This document shows, piece after piece, positions 1 through 9,371 of a DNA stretch of 64,000 bases (positions are counted from its first letter, which is position 1; each line of letters starts with the position of its first letter). A program made the translations under genes and the position numbers. Source of the DNA: an uncultured Clostridium sp. (GTDB taxonomy: Bacteria > Bacillota > Clostridia > TANB77 > CAG-508); assembly GCA_900554365.1 (NCBI GenBank), contig USGY01000005.1:3720-67719 (forward strand). The letters run 5' to 3'. The notes beneath the pieces are model-generated. The model did not search any database and was not told the origin of the DNA. It saw only the letters and a program-made list of their open reading frames with translations.

Positions 1-1
1 T

Positions 2-277
2 ATAATATCTTCAATAGCAGGAAAAGGCATAAATAATAGGGTAAGAGTAATTTTAGATATAGAAGGATATAAGTTAAAAAGAGAAAAAACATTACGAGAA
101 TTAGCAGAAAAAGTTGCTAAAACAGTAATTAAGACAGGAAAAACTATAAAATTAGAACCAATGCAAGCATATGAAAGAAAAATAATACATAGTCAATTAC
201 AAAATAATGATAAAATTGATACAACAAGTATTGGGGAAGAACCACATAGAAGAATAGTTATATCTTTAAAAAAATAA
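2..277 (+). CDS. jag: C-terminal part of Jag/KhpB-type RNA-binding protein (R3H tail). The 5' end lies outside the window.
   Basis: Open frame from the window edge translates as ...RVILDIEGYKLKREKTLRELAEKVAKTVIKTGKTIKLEPMQAYERKIIHSQLQNNDKIDTTSIGEEPHRRIVISLKK, with TAA at 275-277. It sits in the conserved position directly upstream of mnmE. Confidence 0.75.
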   Translation: MISSIAGKGINNRVRVILDIEGYKLKREKTLRELAEKVAKTVIKTGKTIKLEPMQAYERKIIHSQLQNNDKIDTTSIGEEPHRRIVISLKK

Positions 278-297
278 TATAATATATAAAATCGGAG

Positions 298-350
298 GTC
301 AAAGGTCAGATTTTACAAGAATATTTGTAATTTCTATCTTTGACTTTTTT
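298..350 (+). terminator. Probable rho-independent terminator after jag
   Basis: gtcaaag (298-304) pairs with ctttgac (338-344), with further imperfect inner pairing, and is followed by a T6 run at 345-350. Confidence 0.45.
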
Positions 351-393
351 TGATTTTTTTAATAAAATAAATTATAAAAGGGAGGGTTTTAAT

Positions 394-1765
394 ATGAGCA
401 CAATCGCTTCAATCTCTACGGCTCCTCGGTATTGGGGGAATTGGAATAATAAGAATGAGTGGAAAAGATAGTTTTAAGGTATTAGAAAAAATCTTTAAAC
501 CAAAGAAAAAACAAAAAATAGAGGAAATAAAAGGATATACAATGAAATACGGCAATATCGTTGAAAATGGTGAAGTTGTCGATGAAGTATTGGTATCTTA
601 TTTTAAAGCACCTAAAAGTTATACAACAGAAAATATGTGTGAAATTAATTCACACGGAGGAAACATAGTTGTAAAAAAAATTTTGGAGTTATGCCTACAA
701 AATGGCGCTGAATTAGCAGAACCAGGAGAGTTTACTAAAAGAGCTTTTTTAAATGGAAGAATTGATTTATTACAAGCAGAATCTGTTATAGATATTATAA
801 ATGCTAAATCTGAAAGAGAAGCTAAGAATGGAATACAGCAACTAGAAGGCTTCCTTTCAAGCGAGATTGCTAAAATAAAGAAAGAAATAATGGATGTAAT
901 GGTAAATATCGAAGTGGCTATTGACTATCCAGAATATGACGTAGATGACGTAACCAATAAGCAAATAAGTGAAATGTTAATAAAGGTAAAATCTATGCTA
1001 GAAAAACTAGAAAAAAGTTTTGATAACGGAAAAATTTTAAAAGAAGGAATAAAAACAGCAATAATAGGAACACCTAATGCTGGAAAATCATCACTTTTAA
1101 ATGCGATTTTAAAAGAAGACAGGGCAATTGTAACTGAATATGAAGGAACAACAAGAGATACTATTGAAGAGTTTGTTAATATAAATGGAATACCACTAAA
1201 ACTTGTTGACACTGCGGGTATAAGGGATGCAAAGGATGAAGTAGAAAAAATTGGAATAATAAAATCCAAAGAAGTAGCAAATGACGCTGACTTAATAATA
1301 GCGATATTTGATGCATCTAAAGAGCTTACTAAAGAGGATTTAGAAATATTAGAACTAATAAAAGGCAAAAAGGCTATAATTTTATTAAATAAAACAGATT
1401 TACCGAGAAAATTAGTGATAAATAATGAAAAATTGAAAGATGCTGACGCTAAAATTATAGAAATATCAGCATTGAATAAAACAGGAATAGATGATTTATA
1501 TAATGAAATCACAAAAATGTTTGATTTAAATCAAATAAATTTAGATCAAGATGTGGTAATAACAAATGTTAGACAAAAAAATCTAATAGAGAAAGCATTA
1601 TCAAGTGTAAAAAAAGCAGAAGAAACTATGAGTAAAAAAATGCCTATAGATATAATTGCGATTTTTATAAAAGAAATTTTAGAGGAGCTAGGAAATATAA
1701 CAGGAGAAATTGCAACTGACGATATAATTGATGAAATATTTTCAAAGTTCTGTCTTGGAAAATAA
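394..1765 (+). CDS. mnmE: tRNA modification GTPase MnmE, with an apparent 1-nt frameshift near position 427. The uninterrupted ORF is 455..1765.
   Basis: ATG at 394 follows a GGGAGGG RBS and encodes MSTIASISTAP. After one extra base (c427) the next frame reads GIGGIGIIRMSGKDSF, which is the canonical MnmE N-terminus. The G-domain P-loop GTPNAGKSSLLNA and the C-terminal FCLGK tail are present. Confidence 0.85.
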
Positions 1766-2246
1766 TTTTGGAGCCTTAGGATGCATTTTAAGACAAACTA
1801 ATAACAAATTAATGTAATTTTACACATGAAAAATAAAATGCCTTAAATTTGATTTTAAACACAATAAAAACCAATGAAGAAATTAATAAAAAATAGTAAA
1901 AAAACAGAAAGTGAACCAAATGAGTAATAAATTATCGTGGAGTAAACCGCTGATATAACAGAGAAACAAGTAAAGTAAACATAATATTTCTCAAAAAGTA
2001 TAACTTTTACTTCAACTTAATTTAAATAAAATAGACACCAAATCATTGAAAAAGAAAGATTGGAAAAAAATACCACAAATTAGAAATGACACGAGATAGT
2101 TTAATTTAATTATCTGGAGTTAAAAACGAACCTTTCTTGTTTCACAAGGAATGAAACAAAAGCCGGGAACATTTGGTATAACTCATGTTGATATGACAAA
2201 ATATCTGTGGAACAATATAAAAATAATAAAAAAAGGAATGATAAAA

Positions 2247-4133
2247 ATGGAAATAAAAAAAGGAGAATATTTTGCAGGAGAATATGATGTTGCTGTAATT
2301 GGCGCAGGTCATGCAGGATGTGAAGCAGGATTGGCATCTGCAAGATTAGGAAAAAAGACACTAATCTTTTCAATAAGTTTAGATGCTATTGCAAATATGC
2401 CATGTAATCCACATATAGGAGGTAGTTCAAAAGGACACTTGGTTAGAGAAATTGATGCTTTAGGTGGAGAAATGGGAAAAAATACTGATAAAACAATGAT
2501 ACAAATAAAAATGTTAAATACATCAAAAGGACCAGCAGTTCATTCACTTAGAGCTCAAGCTGACAGAAAAAGATATCAAGCAGAAATGAAACATACATTA
2601 GAGAAACAAGAGAATCTTGAAGTAAAACAAGCAGAAATTGTGGATATTGAAGTAGAAAATGGGCAAATAACGGCAATTAAAACAGATTTAGGAGCAATAT
2701 ATAAAGTAAAAGCTGTTATTGTTGCAACTGGAACATATTTAAAAGGAAAAATATTTATTGGGGAATATTCAAAAGAAAGTGGACCTGATGGCGTATCAGC
2801 TGCTAATAAATTATCAGAAAGTCTAAAAAAATTGGGTATAAATTTAATTAGATTTAAAACAGGAACACCAGCTAGAATTAATAGAAGAAGCATTGATTTT
2901 AGTAAAATGGAGGTACAAAAAGGCGATGAAGGCGTTGAAGCATTTTCTTTTGAAGATAAACCTACGGAATTTAATCAAGTTGACTGTTATTTAACATATA
3001 CAAATGAAAAAACACATGAAATAATAAGAAAAAATTTACATCGTTCTCCATTATATGCTGGAATGATAGAAGGAACAGGACCAAGATATTGTCCATCAAT
3101 TGAGGATAAAGTTGTAAGGTTTAGTGATAAACCACGTCATCAGGCTTTTGTAGAACCTGTTGGACTTGACACAGAAGAAATGTATATTCAAGGAATGAGT
3201 TCATCATTACCAGAAGAAGTCCAAATTGCTTTATATCACACAATCCCAGGATTAGAACATGCAGAATTTACAAGACCAGCATATGCAATAGAATATGATT
3301 GTATAGATCCATCAAATTTAAAACTTTCACTAGAATATAAAGGAATAAAAGGATTGTTTATGGCAGGACAAATAAATGGAACATCAGGATATGAAGAAGC
3401 AGCAAGTCAAGGATTAATTGCAGGAATAAATGCATCACAAGAAATAGATGGAAAAGAGCCTGTAATCCTTGATAGAAGTCAAGCTTACATAGGTGTATTA
3501 ATAGATGATATTGTAACCAAAGGAACAAATGAGCCATATAGAATGATGACATCAAGAGCTGAATATAGACTTTTACTAAGACAAGATAATGCAGATTTAA
3601 GATTAACAGAAATAGGGCATAAAATAGGTTTAATTTCTGACGAAAGATATAATAAGTTTGTTGAGAAACGTGAGGATATTAAAAAGGAAATAGCTAGATT
3701 AAAGAAATTAACTGTAAAACCTGAAAAAAAGGTTAATGATTTATTAGAAAAAGCAGGAACAACACCATTATCAACAGGAACTAAAATGGCAGAACTATTA
3801 AAAAGAACTGAATTAACATATGATATGTTAAAAGAAATTGACTCAGATAGACCAGAATTGACATTACAAGAAAAAGAAGAGGTAGAAATTCAAATAAAAT
3901 ATGAAGGATATATAAAATTACAAGAAGCACAAGTTGAAAAATTTAAAAAACTTGAAACAAAAATATTGCCTGAAGACATTGATTATGAAAAATTAAAAGG
4001 TTTAAGCTTAGAAGCAAGACAAAAATTAAATAAAGCAAAACCACATTCAATAGGCCAAGCTTCAAGAATATCAGGCGTTTCACCAGCTGATGTGTCAGTG
4101 CTTTTAGTATATTTACAACAAAGAAAAAAATAA
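2247..4133 (+). CDS. mnmG: tRNA uridine 5-carboxymethylaminomethyl modification enzyme MnmG (GidA)
   Basis: From ATG 2247 the product reads [35 protein letters not shown] (FAD-binding GxGxxG). It is full-length GidA-like through the C-terminal [15 protein letters not shown]. The track start at 2151 is an upstream extension without an RBS. Confidence 0.95.
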   Translation: MEIKKGEYFAGEYDVAVIGAGHAGCEAGLASARLGKKTLIFSISLDAIANMPCNPHIGGSSKGHLVREIDALGGEMGKNTDKTMIQIKMLNTSKGPAVHSLRAQADRKRYQAEMKHTLEKQENLEVKQAEIVDIEVENGQITAIKTDLGAIYKVKAVIVATGTYLKGKIFIGEYSKESGPDGVSAANKLSESLKKLGINLIRFKTGTPARINRRSIDFSKMEVQKGDEGVEAFSFEDKPTEFNQVDCYLTYTNEKTHEIIRKNLHRSPLYAGMIEGTGPRYCPSIEDKVVRFSDKPRHQAFVEPVGLDTEEMYIQGMSSSLPEEVQIALYHTIPGLEHAEFTRPAYAIEYDCIDPSNLKLSLEYKGIKGLFMAGQINGTSGYEEAASQGLIAGINASQEIDGKEPVILDRSQAYIGVLIDDIVTKGTNEPYRMMTSRAEYRLLLRQDNADLRLTEIGHKIGLISDERYNKFVEKREDIKKEIARLKKLTVKPEKKVNDLLEKAGTTPLSTGTKMAELLKRTELTYDMLKEIDSDRPELTLQEKEEVEIQIKYEGYIKLQEAQVEKFKKLETKILPEDIDYEKLKGLSLEARQKLNKAKPHSIGQASRISGVSPADVSVLLVYLQQRKK

Positions 4134-4145
4134 AAGGGGCGTAAA

Positions 4146-4865
4146 ATGGAAGAAAAAGAGTTTAAAGAAGAATTTGAAAAATATTTATCAAAAATTGAAG
4201 TAATGTTGAATGAAAAACAATATAATCAATTTTATAAATACATGAACCTTTTGATAGAATGGAATAAAAAAATAAATTTAACAGCAATAATTGAGCCTAA
4301 AGAGATAATTTTAAAACATTTTGTTGACTCTCTTACAATTGCTAAGTATATAAAACAAAATCAAAAAATGATTGATGTAGGCACAGGTGCTGGATTTCCT
4401 GGAATTCCTTTGAAGATATATTGTGAAGAATTAAATGTTACATTAGCTGATTCTTTAAATAAAAGAATAGTATTTTTAAATGAAATAATAAAAGAATTAG
4501 GATTAGAAAAAATAGAAACAATTCATGGAAGGGCAGAAGAACTTGGTCAAAATATAAAATATAGAGAAAAATATGATATAGCTGCATCAAGAGCTGTAGC
4601 AAATTTATCAACACTTTCAGAATATTTGCTTCCTTTTATAAAAAAAAGTGGATATTGTATATGTATGAAAAGTGCAAATATTGAAGAAGAAATAAATAAT
4701 GCAAAATCAGCAATAAATATCCTTGGTGGTAGTATAGAAAAAGTTGAAAAATTTAATTTACCTGAAAGCGAGATTGGAAGAAGTATAATAAAAATAAATA
4801 AAGAAAAAAATACACCTAAAAAATATCCAAGAAAAGCTGGAACACCTGCAAAAGAGCCATTATAA
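4146..4865 (+). CDS. rsmG: 16S rRNA (guanine527-N7)-methyltransferase RsmG (GidB)
   Basis: SAM-binding motif IDVGTGAGFPGIPLKI is present. It sits in the conserved position after mnmG. Confidence 0.9.
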   Translation: MEEKEFKEEFEKYLSKIEVMLNEKQYNQFYKYMNLLIEWNKKINLTAIIEPKEIILKHFVDSLTIAKYIKQNQKMIDVGTGAGFPGIPLKIYCEELNVTLADSLNKRIVFLNEIIKELGLEKIETIHGRAEELGQNIKYREKYDIAASRAVANLSTLSEYLLPFIKKSGYCICMKSANIEEEINNAKSAINILGGSIEKVEKFNLPESEIGRSIIKINKEKNTPKKYPRKAGTPAKEPL

Positions 4866-4877
4866 AGGCTCTTTTTT
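4851..4877 (+). terminator. Rho-independent terminator overlapping the rsmG stop codon
   Basis: aaagagcc (4851-4858) pairs with ggctcttt (4867-4874), followed by a T-run. Confidence 0.6.
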
Positions 4878-4937
4878 CTTATGAAAAAATTAGCAAAAAA
4901 ATAAATATAAAAAAATTAAATATTTGTACTTTTTTTA

Positions 4938-4966
4938 TTGACTTTTTATTTATATTTGTATATTAT
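4938..4966 (+). promoter_or_regulatory. Candidate sigma-A-type promoter for parA-parB
   Basis: TTGACT (4938-4943), 17-nt spacer, TATTAT (4961-4966). Confidence 0.4.
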
Positions 4967-5027
4967 TATAGTGATAGAAAAATGAAACACATCAATAAAT
5001 ATTAACTAAAAAATGGAGGCAATAAAA

Positions 5028-5816
5028 TTGGGTAAAGTAATATCAGTAGCAAATCAAAAAGGTGGCGTTGGAAAAACTACAACCACAGTTAATTTAGGAA
5101 CAATACTCGCAAAAAAAGGTAAAAAAGTATTGTTAATCGATGCAGATCCACAAGGAAATGCAACAAGTGGATTAGGCGTAGAAAAAGAAGTAGAAGCTTC
5201 AACATATGACATCTTGGTAAATGATACAACATTAGAAGAAGCTCTTGAAAAAACAATTATAAAAAATTTGAAAATATGTCCAGCAAATATGAATTTAGCA
5301 GGTGCAGAAGTCGAATTAGTATCTATGATGTCAAGAGAGCAAAGATTGAAAGAAAAAATAGAGCCAATAAAAGAACAATTTGACTATATTTTAATTGATT
5401 GCCCACCATCTTTAGGATTAATAACATTAAATGCATTTACAGCTTCAGATAGTGTTTTAATTCCTGTGCAATGTGAATATTTCGCACTTGAAGGGTTAGG
5501 ACAATTATTAAATACAATAAATTTAGTTAAAAAACATTTAAATAAAAATATACAGGTAGAAGGTGCTTTACTTACAATGTATGATATAAGAACAAATCTT
5601 TCAAATCAAGTTGTAAAGGAAGTAAAAAAATATTTCGATAATAAAGTATATAAAACTGTAATACCTAGAAATGTAAGGGTTAGCGAAGCACCAAGCTATG
5701 GAATGCCAATAACAGAATATGATCCAAGATCTAAAGGAGCTAAAAGTTATACTAAATTTGCAAAAGAATTTTTAAAAATAAACGAAGAAGAGAAAAAAGC
5801 TAAACATATGATTTAA
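5028..5816 (+). CDS. soj: Chromosome partitioning ATPase ParA/Soj
   Basis: Deviant Walker A KGGVGKTTT is present. The likely start is TTG 5028, 8 nt after GGAGG (5015-5019). The longest ORF starts at ATG 5013. Confidence 0.9.
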   Translation: MGKVISVANQKGGVGKTTTTVNLGTILAKKGKKVLLIDADPQGNATSGLGVEKEVEASTYDILVNDTTLEEALEKTIIKNLKICPANMNLAGAEVELVSMMSREQRLKEKIEPIKEQFDYILIDCPPSLGLITLNAFTASDSVLIPVQCEYFALEGLGQLLNTINLVKKHLNKNIQVEGALLTMYDIRTNLSNQVVKEVKKYFDNKVYKTVIPRNVRVSEAPSYGMPITEYDPRSKGAKSYTKFAKEFLKINEEEKKAKHMI

Positions 5817-5847
5817 GTTTAACTAAATAATGATAGGGGGAATAAAA

Positions 5848-6687
5848 ATGGCAAAAATGTCAGGATTAGGAAAAGGACTTGATGCATTATTCGGACCAGT
5901 TCCAGAAGAAGAACAACAACAGGAAAATGACAAATTAAAAAATTTAAAGATAACTGAAGTAGAACCTAATAGAGATCAAGCAAGAAAAAAGTTTGATCAA
6001 GAAGCTTTAGAGGAATTAGCACAATCAATAAAAGAATATGGTTTAATACAACCAATAGTTGTAACAAAAAAAGATGGTTATTATAGTATAGTTGCTGGAG
6101 AAAGAAGATGGAGAGCTTCTAAAATAGCAGGATTAACAGAAATACCAGCTATAATAAGAGAAGATGATGAAAAAGTAAATTCAGAAATATCATTAATAGA
6201 AAATATGCAAAGAGAAGACTTAAACCCCGTAGAAAAAGCAATGGGAATAAAAGTGCTAATGGACAATTATGGAATGTCTCAAGAAGAAGTAGCTAAAAAG
6301 CTAGGAAAAGGAAGAAGTACAATTGCAAATTGGACTAGGGTATTAAATCTTGAACCACGTGTATTAGAAATGGCAAAAGAGGGTAAAATAACAGAAGGAC
6401 ACTGTAAAGCCCTTTTGATGATAACAGATCCAGAAAAACAATATTTGGCAGCTATGCAATTACAAGAAAGAGGCATAACTGTAAGACAAATGGAAGAAAA
6501 ATCAAAAATAAAAATATCAAAAGAGCAAGAAAAAAGAAATCATGTATTATATAAGAAAATAGAAGAAACATTCCAAGGATTTTTTGGCTCAAAGGTAAGA
6601 TTATCCCCAGGAAAAAGACGTGGAAAAATAGTAATAGAATATACTTCAAATGATGATTTGGAAAGGATAATGGGATTATTAAAATAA
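5848..6687 (+). CDS. spo0J: Chromosome partitioning protein ParB/Spo0J
   Basis: Product begins MAKMSGLGKGLDALF and contains the ParB box GERRWRAS and an HTH region. ATG 5848 follows an AGGGGG RBS. The ORF track start 5830 is in frame upstream. Confidence 0.9.
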   Translation: MAKMSGLGKGLDALFGPVPEEEQQQENDKLKNLKITEVEPNRDQARKKFDQEALEELAQSIKEYGLIQPIVVTKKDGYYSIVAGERRWRASKIAGLTEIPAIIREDDEKVNSEISLIENMQREDLNPVEKAMGIKVLMDNYGMSQEEVAKKLGKGRSTIANWTRVLNLEPRVLEMAKEGKITEGHCKALLMITDPEKQYLAAMQLQERGITVRQMEEKSKIKISKEQEKRNHVLYKKIEETFQGFFGSKVRLSPGKRRGKIVIEYTSNDDLERIMGLLK

Positions 6688-6703
6688 GAAAGAGTTGAGA
6701 ATT

Positions 6704-7204
6704 ATGGAAAGTTTAATAAATAATATAGGAGTAAATCAAATAATTGAAATATTATTAGCGCTATTAGTAGTATTGTTTATTGCATTTATAGCTGTTTTAG
6801 TAAAAACAGTATCATTAGATAAAAAATATAAAAAATTTATGAAAAAACTTGGAGAAAGTGAGAATTTAGAAGAAGACTTAGAAAATTTTATGTATAAAGT
6901 TGAAAGAGTTGAAAAGCAAAATGCTGAAATTCTTGGAAAAATAAATGGTCTTGATAAAGATATAGAAGGCTGCATACAAAAAGTTGGAATTGTAAGATAT
7001 AGTGCATTTCAAGATACGGGAAGTGATTTAAGCTTTACACTTGCATTATTAGACGAAAAAAACAATGGAGTTGTACTAAATGGAATATATTCAAGAGAAA
7101 TGTCAAATATATATGCAAAACCAGTAGAAGCAGGAAAGTCACCTTATACACTTTCTATTGAAGAACAACAAGCAATAAATAAGGCTTTAAATGTGAAAAA
7201 ATAA
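6704..7204 (+). CDS. DUF4446-family membrane protein, typically found downstream of parB in Firmicutes
   Basis: N-terminal TM helix, then VGIVRYSAFQDTGSDLSFTLALLDEKNNGVVLNGIYSR, which matches the DUF4446 pattern. Family assignment is from memory of the motif. Confidence 0.65.
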   Translation: MESLINNIGVNQIIEILLALLVVLFIAFIAVLVKTVSLDKKYKKFMKKLGESENLEEDLENFMYKVERVEKQNAEILGKINGLDKDIEGCIQKVGIVRYSAFQDTGSDLSFTLALLDEKNNGVVLNGIYSREMSNIYAKPVEAGKSPYTLSIEEQQAINKALNVKK

Positions 7205-7243
7205 TATGTTTTAAATAAAAAATAAAAAAAGTATAATTTTATC

Positions 7244-7273
7244 TTGACAATTACTACTTGGTTATGCTAAGAT
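7244..7273 (+). promoter_or_regulatory. Promoter for the tRNA-Ser pair
   Basis: TTGACA (7244-7249), 18-nt spacer, TAAGAT (7268-7273) preceded by TGc (extended -10). It lies about 20 nt upstream of the tRNA 5' end. Confidence 0.55.
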
Positions 7274-7293
7274 AGTAATTGTCTTTACGATAT

Positions 7294-7385
<92 letters not shown>

Positions 7386-7438
7386 AATAAAACCCTGAAG
7401 GATTTATTATATACTTTAGGGCTTTAAATTTAATAGTT

Positions 7439-7528
7439 GTAGGTGTACCCAAGTGGTGAAGGGGGCAGTTTGCTAAACTGCTAGGTCGAGCAATCGGCGC
7501 GGAGGTTCGAACCCTCTCACCTACGCCA
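7439..7528 (+). tRNA. tRNA-Ser (anticodon GCT), CCA encoded
   Basis: Acceptor stem gtaggtg/cacctac, anticodon stem-loop gcagt-ttGCTaa-actgc, long variable arm, T-loop ggttcgaaccc, 3' gcca. Confidence 0.92.
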
Positions 7529-7531
7529 GAA

Positions 7532-7567
7532 AATAATATAAGGTTTATGAACTTATATTATTTTTTT
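7532..7567 (+). terminator. Rho-independent terminator after the tRNA pair
   Basis: aataatataag (7532-7542) pairs with cttatattatt (7552-7562), with a T-run to 7567. Confidence 0.7.
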
Positions 7568-7608
7568 GTTACAAAAGTATTACAATTGTATAAAAAAATA
7601 ATTTTTGT

Positions 7609-7637
7609 TTGAAAAAAAAAATAAAGTATAGTATAAT
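7609..7637 (+). promoter_or_regulatory. Near-consensus promoter in front of pilin paralogue 1
   Basis: TTGAAA (7609-7614), 17-nt spacer, TATAAT (7632-7637). RBS cagggag and ATG 7678 lie downstream. Confidence 0.6.
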
Positions 7638-7677
7638 AATAACGAATAACAAAATTTTGTAAAAACAGGGAGTAAAA

Positions 7678-8052
7678 ATGAGCAAAAAAGCAATAAATAT
7701 TTTAATAATATTAATGTTATTATGTGTTTTGGTGATATTGCCATCAGTAGCATATGCATCAAATGGAACATTTGATGCAAGTACATATCAACCAAGTAGT
7801 ACTACAGATGCAACTGGTGCAAGTAAAATACAAGATTTAGGAAATGTAATAATATCAGTTATAAGGACAGTGGGAACGATAATATCAGTTGCTATTTTAT
7901 CAATAATTGGAATAAAATATATGACAGGTAGTGTAGAGGAAAAAGCTGAATATAAAAAAACAATGTTACCATATGTAATTGGTGCTGTAATTTTATTTGG
8001 AATAACAAGCTTCATAGGTATTATAGTAGATCTTGTAAAAGGTTTAATATAA
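7678..8052 (+). CDS. VirB2/TrbC-like T4SS pilin paralogue 1
   Basis: Signal peptide ending AYA|SNG, two hydrophobic helices separated by the loop GIKYMTGSVEEKAEYKKTMLPYVIGA. Size is 124 aa. This is the topology and motif of Firmicute T4SS pilins. Confidence 0.8.
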   Translation: MSKKAINILIILMLLCVLVILPSVAYASNGTFDASTYQPSSTTDATGASKIQDLGNVIISVIRTVGTIISVAILSIIGIKYMTGSVEEKAEYKKTMLPYVIGAVILFGITSFIGIIVDLVKGLI

Positions 8053-8075
8053 TATACTAAAAGGAGGATGATAAA

Positions 8076-8525
8076 GTGAAAAATAAAATTATTATATATA
8101 TAACTACTGCTATAATATTATTGTTTGTTGGAATATTAATTCCTACAAATAATATATATGCAATGTTTACACCTGGAGGAGGAGTAGGATTTTCAAATGG
8201 TACTAAAAATAGTTCTTCTTCATCAACGCCAGATGATGTAATGAAAGATGCAGATGATTTTATAAAACAAGGGGAAAATACAGCTGATATTGATACAAAC
8301 AAATTACATGATACATCCAACTTTTTATATAATTTACTTTTAGCTTTTGGAATAGTAGTAGCAGTAATTGTTGGAATGGTAATAGGAATAATGTATATGG
8401 TTGGAAGTGTAGAAGAAAAGGCAAATATGAAAAAAGCATTAATAGGATATGCATTAGGATGCTTTGTAGTATTTGGAGCATTTGGAATATGGAAGCTTTC
8501 AATTAATATATTATCAAATGTATAG
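8076..8525 (+). CDS. Divergent VirB2-like T4SS pilin paralogue 2, with a longer Ser/Gly-rich N-terminal region
   Basis: GTG start follows an AGGAGG RBS. It has a signal/TM segment and a C-terminal core GIMYMVGSVEEKANMKKALIGYALG homologous to the other three paralogues. Confidence 0.7.
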   Translation: MKNKIIIYITTAIILLFVGILIPTNNIYAMFTPGGGVGFSNGTKNSSSSSTPDDVMKDADDFIKQGENTADIDTNKLHDTSNFLYNLLLAFGIVVAVIVGMVIGIMYMVGSVEEKANMKKALIGYALGCFVVFGAFGIWKLSINILSNV

Positions 8526-8536
8526 GTAGGTGTATT

Positions 8537-8890
8537 ATGAAGAATATCAAAAAAGTTATAATGAGTGCAATAATTATAATAACTATTTTTTGCCTAGGGG
8601 TTACATCTTATGGATTTTCTGTAGGAGATATGACAGGCAAAGATCCATCTAATGATGCTCAAAATTCAATAAATAATTTAGGACAGGGTGTTATAAAAAT
8701 AATAAGTACAGTTGGTACAATAATATCAGTTGTATTTTTAATTATACTTGGAATAAAATATATGACAGGTAGTGTTGAAGAAAGAGCAAATTATAAAAAA
8801 ACATTATTGCCATATGTAATTGGGGCTAGTATATTGTTTGCTGCATCAACATTAACAAGCATTATTTATAATATTGCAATTAATTTATAA
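8537..8890 (+). CDS. VirB2/TrbC-like T4SS pilin paralogue 3
   Basis: Signal peptide plus the core GIKYMTGSVEERANYKKTLLPYVIGA. About 85% nucleotide identity to paralogue 1 over the core, by eye. Confidence 0.8.
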   Translation: MKNIKKVIMSAIIIITIFCLGVTSYGFSVGDMTGKDPSNDAQNSINNLGQGVIKIISTVGTIISVVFLIILGIKYMTGSVEERANYKKTLLPYVIGASILFAASTLTSIIYNIAINL

Positions 8891-8902
8891 TTGTAGTATA
8901 AT
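8874..8902 (+). promoter_or_regulatory. Dedicated promoter for pilin paralogue 4
   Basis: TTGCAA (8874-8879, inside the end of paralogue 3), 17-nt spacer, TATAAT (8897-8902). Confidence 0.55.
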
Positions 8903-8989
8903 AAATAATAGATTATTATATTGTTATTATAATTCTTTGTGCATACAAAGAGATTTAATATATATTTTATAAAGAAAGGGTGAAAAGTT

Positions 8990-9358
8990 ATGAAAATTAA
9001 TGTAGAAAAAACAACAAAAATAGTTGCCATGATAATATTAGCTATTATGGTAGTAGCTGTTGCATCAACAGTATTTGCGTCAGTAGATCCATCAACATAT
9101 AAAGGTGAATCAAGTGTTAGCACAACAAAGATTGATAGTTTAGGTAATACTATTATAAAAATAGTTAGTACTGTAGGTTCAATTGCATCTGTTCTTGTAT
9201 TAGTTGTTTTAGGTATAAAATACATGATGGGAAGTGCTGAAGAAAAAGCAGAATATAAAAAGACTTTATTACCATACGTAATTGGAGCAGCTTTAGTTTT
9301 CGCAGCATCTGCAATTGCAGGAGTTGTTTACAACTTCGCAAATTCATCTATTGTATAG
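8990..9358 (+). CDS. VirB2/TrbC-like T4SS pilin paralogue 4, candidate major pilin
   Basis: Signal peptide ending FA|SVD and the core GIKYMMGSAEEKAEYKKTLLPYVIGA. It has its own promoter and is followed by a strong terminator. Confidence 0.8.
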   Translation: MKINVEKTTKIVAMIILAIMVVAVASTVFASVDPSTYKGESSVSTTKIDSLGNTIIKIVSTVGSIASVLVLVVLGIKYMMGSAEEKAEYKKTLLPYVIGAALVFAASAIAGVVYNFANSSIV

Positions 9359-9371
9359 TAAGGATAAAAAA

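Noticed and set aside
925-1512. Long antisense ORFs in the six-frame track. Examples on the minus strand: 925-1512, 2576-2893, 6081-6649, 7788-8015, 8866-9225, 11864-12397, 14886-15293, 17976-18254, 21574-22120, 33788-34030, 35214-35716, 46266-46484, 60072-60592. Examples on the plus strand, antisense to minus-strand genes: 27249-27500, 36823-37068, 37305-37556.
   Set aside because: Each lies entirely inside, and antisense or out of frame to, a gene with strong motif support. They lack RBSs, and their products are Ser/Phe/Ile/Leu low-complexity strings, as expected from the reverse complement of K/E/N-rich AT-rich coding sequence.
2151-2246. Upstream extensions of ORF-track starts (mnmG at 2151, virB4 at 11073, gerM at 31158, abrB at 37838, ugtP-like at 48354, ypeB at 48883, and others)
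   Set aside because: In each case an internal start codon sits 5-10 nt downstream of a GGAGG-like RBS and reproduces the conserved N-terminus of the family. The extensions add non-conserved residues and lack an RBS.
1766-2246. oriC-like DnaA-box cluster in the mnmE-mnmG spacer
   Set aside because: No TTATCCACA/TGTGGATAA matches better than 7 of 9 were seen. In Firmicutes oriC normally flanks dnaA, which is outside this window.
7439-7528. Calling the T4SS cluster a tRNA-Ser-integrated ICE with defined att sites
   Set aside because: I looked for a direct repeat of the tRNA-Ser 3' ends in the intergenic regions around 22.5 kb, 24.2 kb and 24.9-25.0 kb and saw none. No integrase is present either. 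An exhaustive repeat search was not possible by eye, so boundaries are left undefined.
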